DNA of 9,679 nt, taken from Octopus sinensis (lineage: Eukaryota). Both the position numbers and the translations under genes were made by a program. How positions within the stretch are numbered: position 1 is the stretch's first letter; the number at the start of each line of letters is the position of its first letter. The DNA is taken from contig NW_021827865.1 in NCBI RefSeq assembly GCF_006345805.1, forward strand, positions 1 through 9,679, given 5' to 3'. Below, one piece after another: positions 8,266 through 9,679 of the stretch. The notes beneath the pieces were generated by a model. The model was given only the letters and a program-made list of their open reading frames with translations. It made no database searches and was not told where the DNA came from.

Positions 8266-8420
8266 TCTCTCTCTCTGTCTGTGTGTGTCTCTCTCTCTGT
8301 ATCTCCTTCTCTCTGTCTGTGTCTCTCTTTGTCTGTGTGTGCCCCTCTCTCTCATTCTCCCCTCTCTCTCTATATATATATAAAAACACGCAAACATATA
8401 TATATATATATATATACATA
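8266..8420. repeat. (CT)n/(GT)n/(TA)n compound microsatellite
   Basis: Direct reading of the sequence. Confidence 0.93.
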
Positions 8421-8582
8421 GGGTGGGATTTCATACAGTTTCCGTCAACCAATTTCACTCATAAGGCTGTAGTCGCCCTGAGGCAACTGTAGAAGTTAGT
8501 GGCTCAAGGTACTGTGTAGTGGGATTGAACCTGAAACCACATGGTTTCAAAGCAAGCTTCTTAACCTTGCAGCTACGCTTAT
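8421..8582 (-). mobile_element. Second, diverged tRNA-derived SINE (5' part)
   Basis: A-box-like TAGCTGCAAGGT (8575-8564) and B-box GGTTCAATCCC (8531-8521). The body CAGTTTCCGTCAACCAATTTCACTCATAAGGC aligns with CAGTTTCCGTCTATCAAATCCACTCACAAGGC at about 7973-8004. Confidence 0.85.
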
Positions 8583-9054
8583 GCCAAGTTCAAAGTATTT
8601 AAAAAATACAAAAGAAACAAAAATGAAATAAATTCTGCTGCCAGAATATTTTAAGAGTTTTAGCGTCATTTATTTACCATAAATTCTTTGGCTTTTTTGA
8701 AAGCGTTGTCTAGTTGCTTCTTCGTAATCTTTTCATTTAATAATCAGACAAAGGTTCACAGCAGGCATGTTTTAGTGTCTTAAAGAATGTTTCATGGAAC
8801 TTTATTGTGGATAGAGACGGAGACAGAGCGAAAGAAGCAGAGATGGAAGAGAAGATAAGAAAAACGGAGAGAGAAAATGAGATAAGTGACAAGTGCATAC
8901 GAAAATGGGAGTAATTTGCAACGGGCGGGCGGGGTGGAGGAGAAATTAGAGAAGAAGGAACTGGCTGTTATAGTATTTTGTTATTATGAGGGGATTAGGG
9001 AGATGTAATGGAGGCAAGTGGAGAAATGTATGCCGGGATACGCATACGTGATTG

Positions 9055-9190
9055 CGTACATACATACGTACAAATATACACACACACAGATACACATATG
9101 TACACATATATCTATATAAACACACACTCGAACACTACAAAAACACACAAAACACACATACACTTATATGAATATATATGTGTATATATT

Positions 9191-9252
<62 letters not shown>

Positions 9253-9679
9253 GCGCATATATATATATACAATATATTCATATATATGAATCTATCTATC
9301 TATCTATCTATCTATCTATTTGTCTATCTATTTATCTACCTTTTTCACTAACTCTCTCCCGCCGTCTTTCTCTATGAATATACATACATGTATGCACACA
9401 CATATACACACATATACACATGTATATATATATAAACACTCACTGAACAACACTTATAAAACAAAAATGCATCGATAGTGCAAAACCATACACACACAAA
9501 CATACATACATTTATACATACACACAGCCATACATATATTTATACATTTATACATATAATCATACATACATACATACATACATACATACATACACAAGCA
9601 TGTGCGTGTATATATCATAAAAATATATGACACATCTCCCCAATACACAAACATACTCACACAATCTCTCTGTCTCTGT
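9055..9679. repeat. Compound (CA)n/(TA)n/(TATC)n/(CATA)n microsatellite region
   Basis: Direct reading of the sequence; short unique spacers lie between the blocks. Confidence 0.92.

Noticed and set aside
230-9660. Numerous 60-190 aa ORFs rich in Y/I/C/V/M/H/T or LSIY repeats
   Set aside because: They are translations of TA, TG, TATG and TATC microsatellites that lack stop codons, with no domain content.

Overview
AT-rich, microsatellite-dense eukaryotic non-coding DNA. It is probably cephalopod (Octopus-like), inferred only from my recollection of the SINE and repeat families. No intact protein-coding gene is supported, and most track ORFs are translated microsatellites. The window is a mosaic of decayed mobile elements: a CR1/L2-type LINE 3' end (-), a Tx1/L1-type LINE fragment (+), a Tc1/mariner-type MITE, the 5' half of a mariner transposon (-) and two tRNA-derived SINEs (-). 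The main finding is a set of minus-strand type I hammerhead ribozyme motifs of the minimal, palindromic-helix-III kind known from Penelope-like elements and retrozymes. Three have an intact core (3823-3960, 5436-5528, 7778-7871) and one is degenerate (5549-5592); each has a different palindromic loop. There is also a ~137-bp-arm inverted duplication with an 83-bp perfect core (5749-6044) and an ~86-bp inverted repeat (3641-3726 / 4441-4526) flanking the first ribozyme. All folding and alignment was done by hand.
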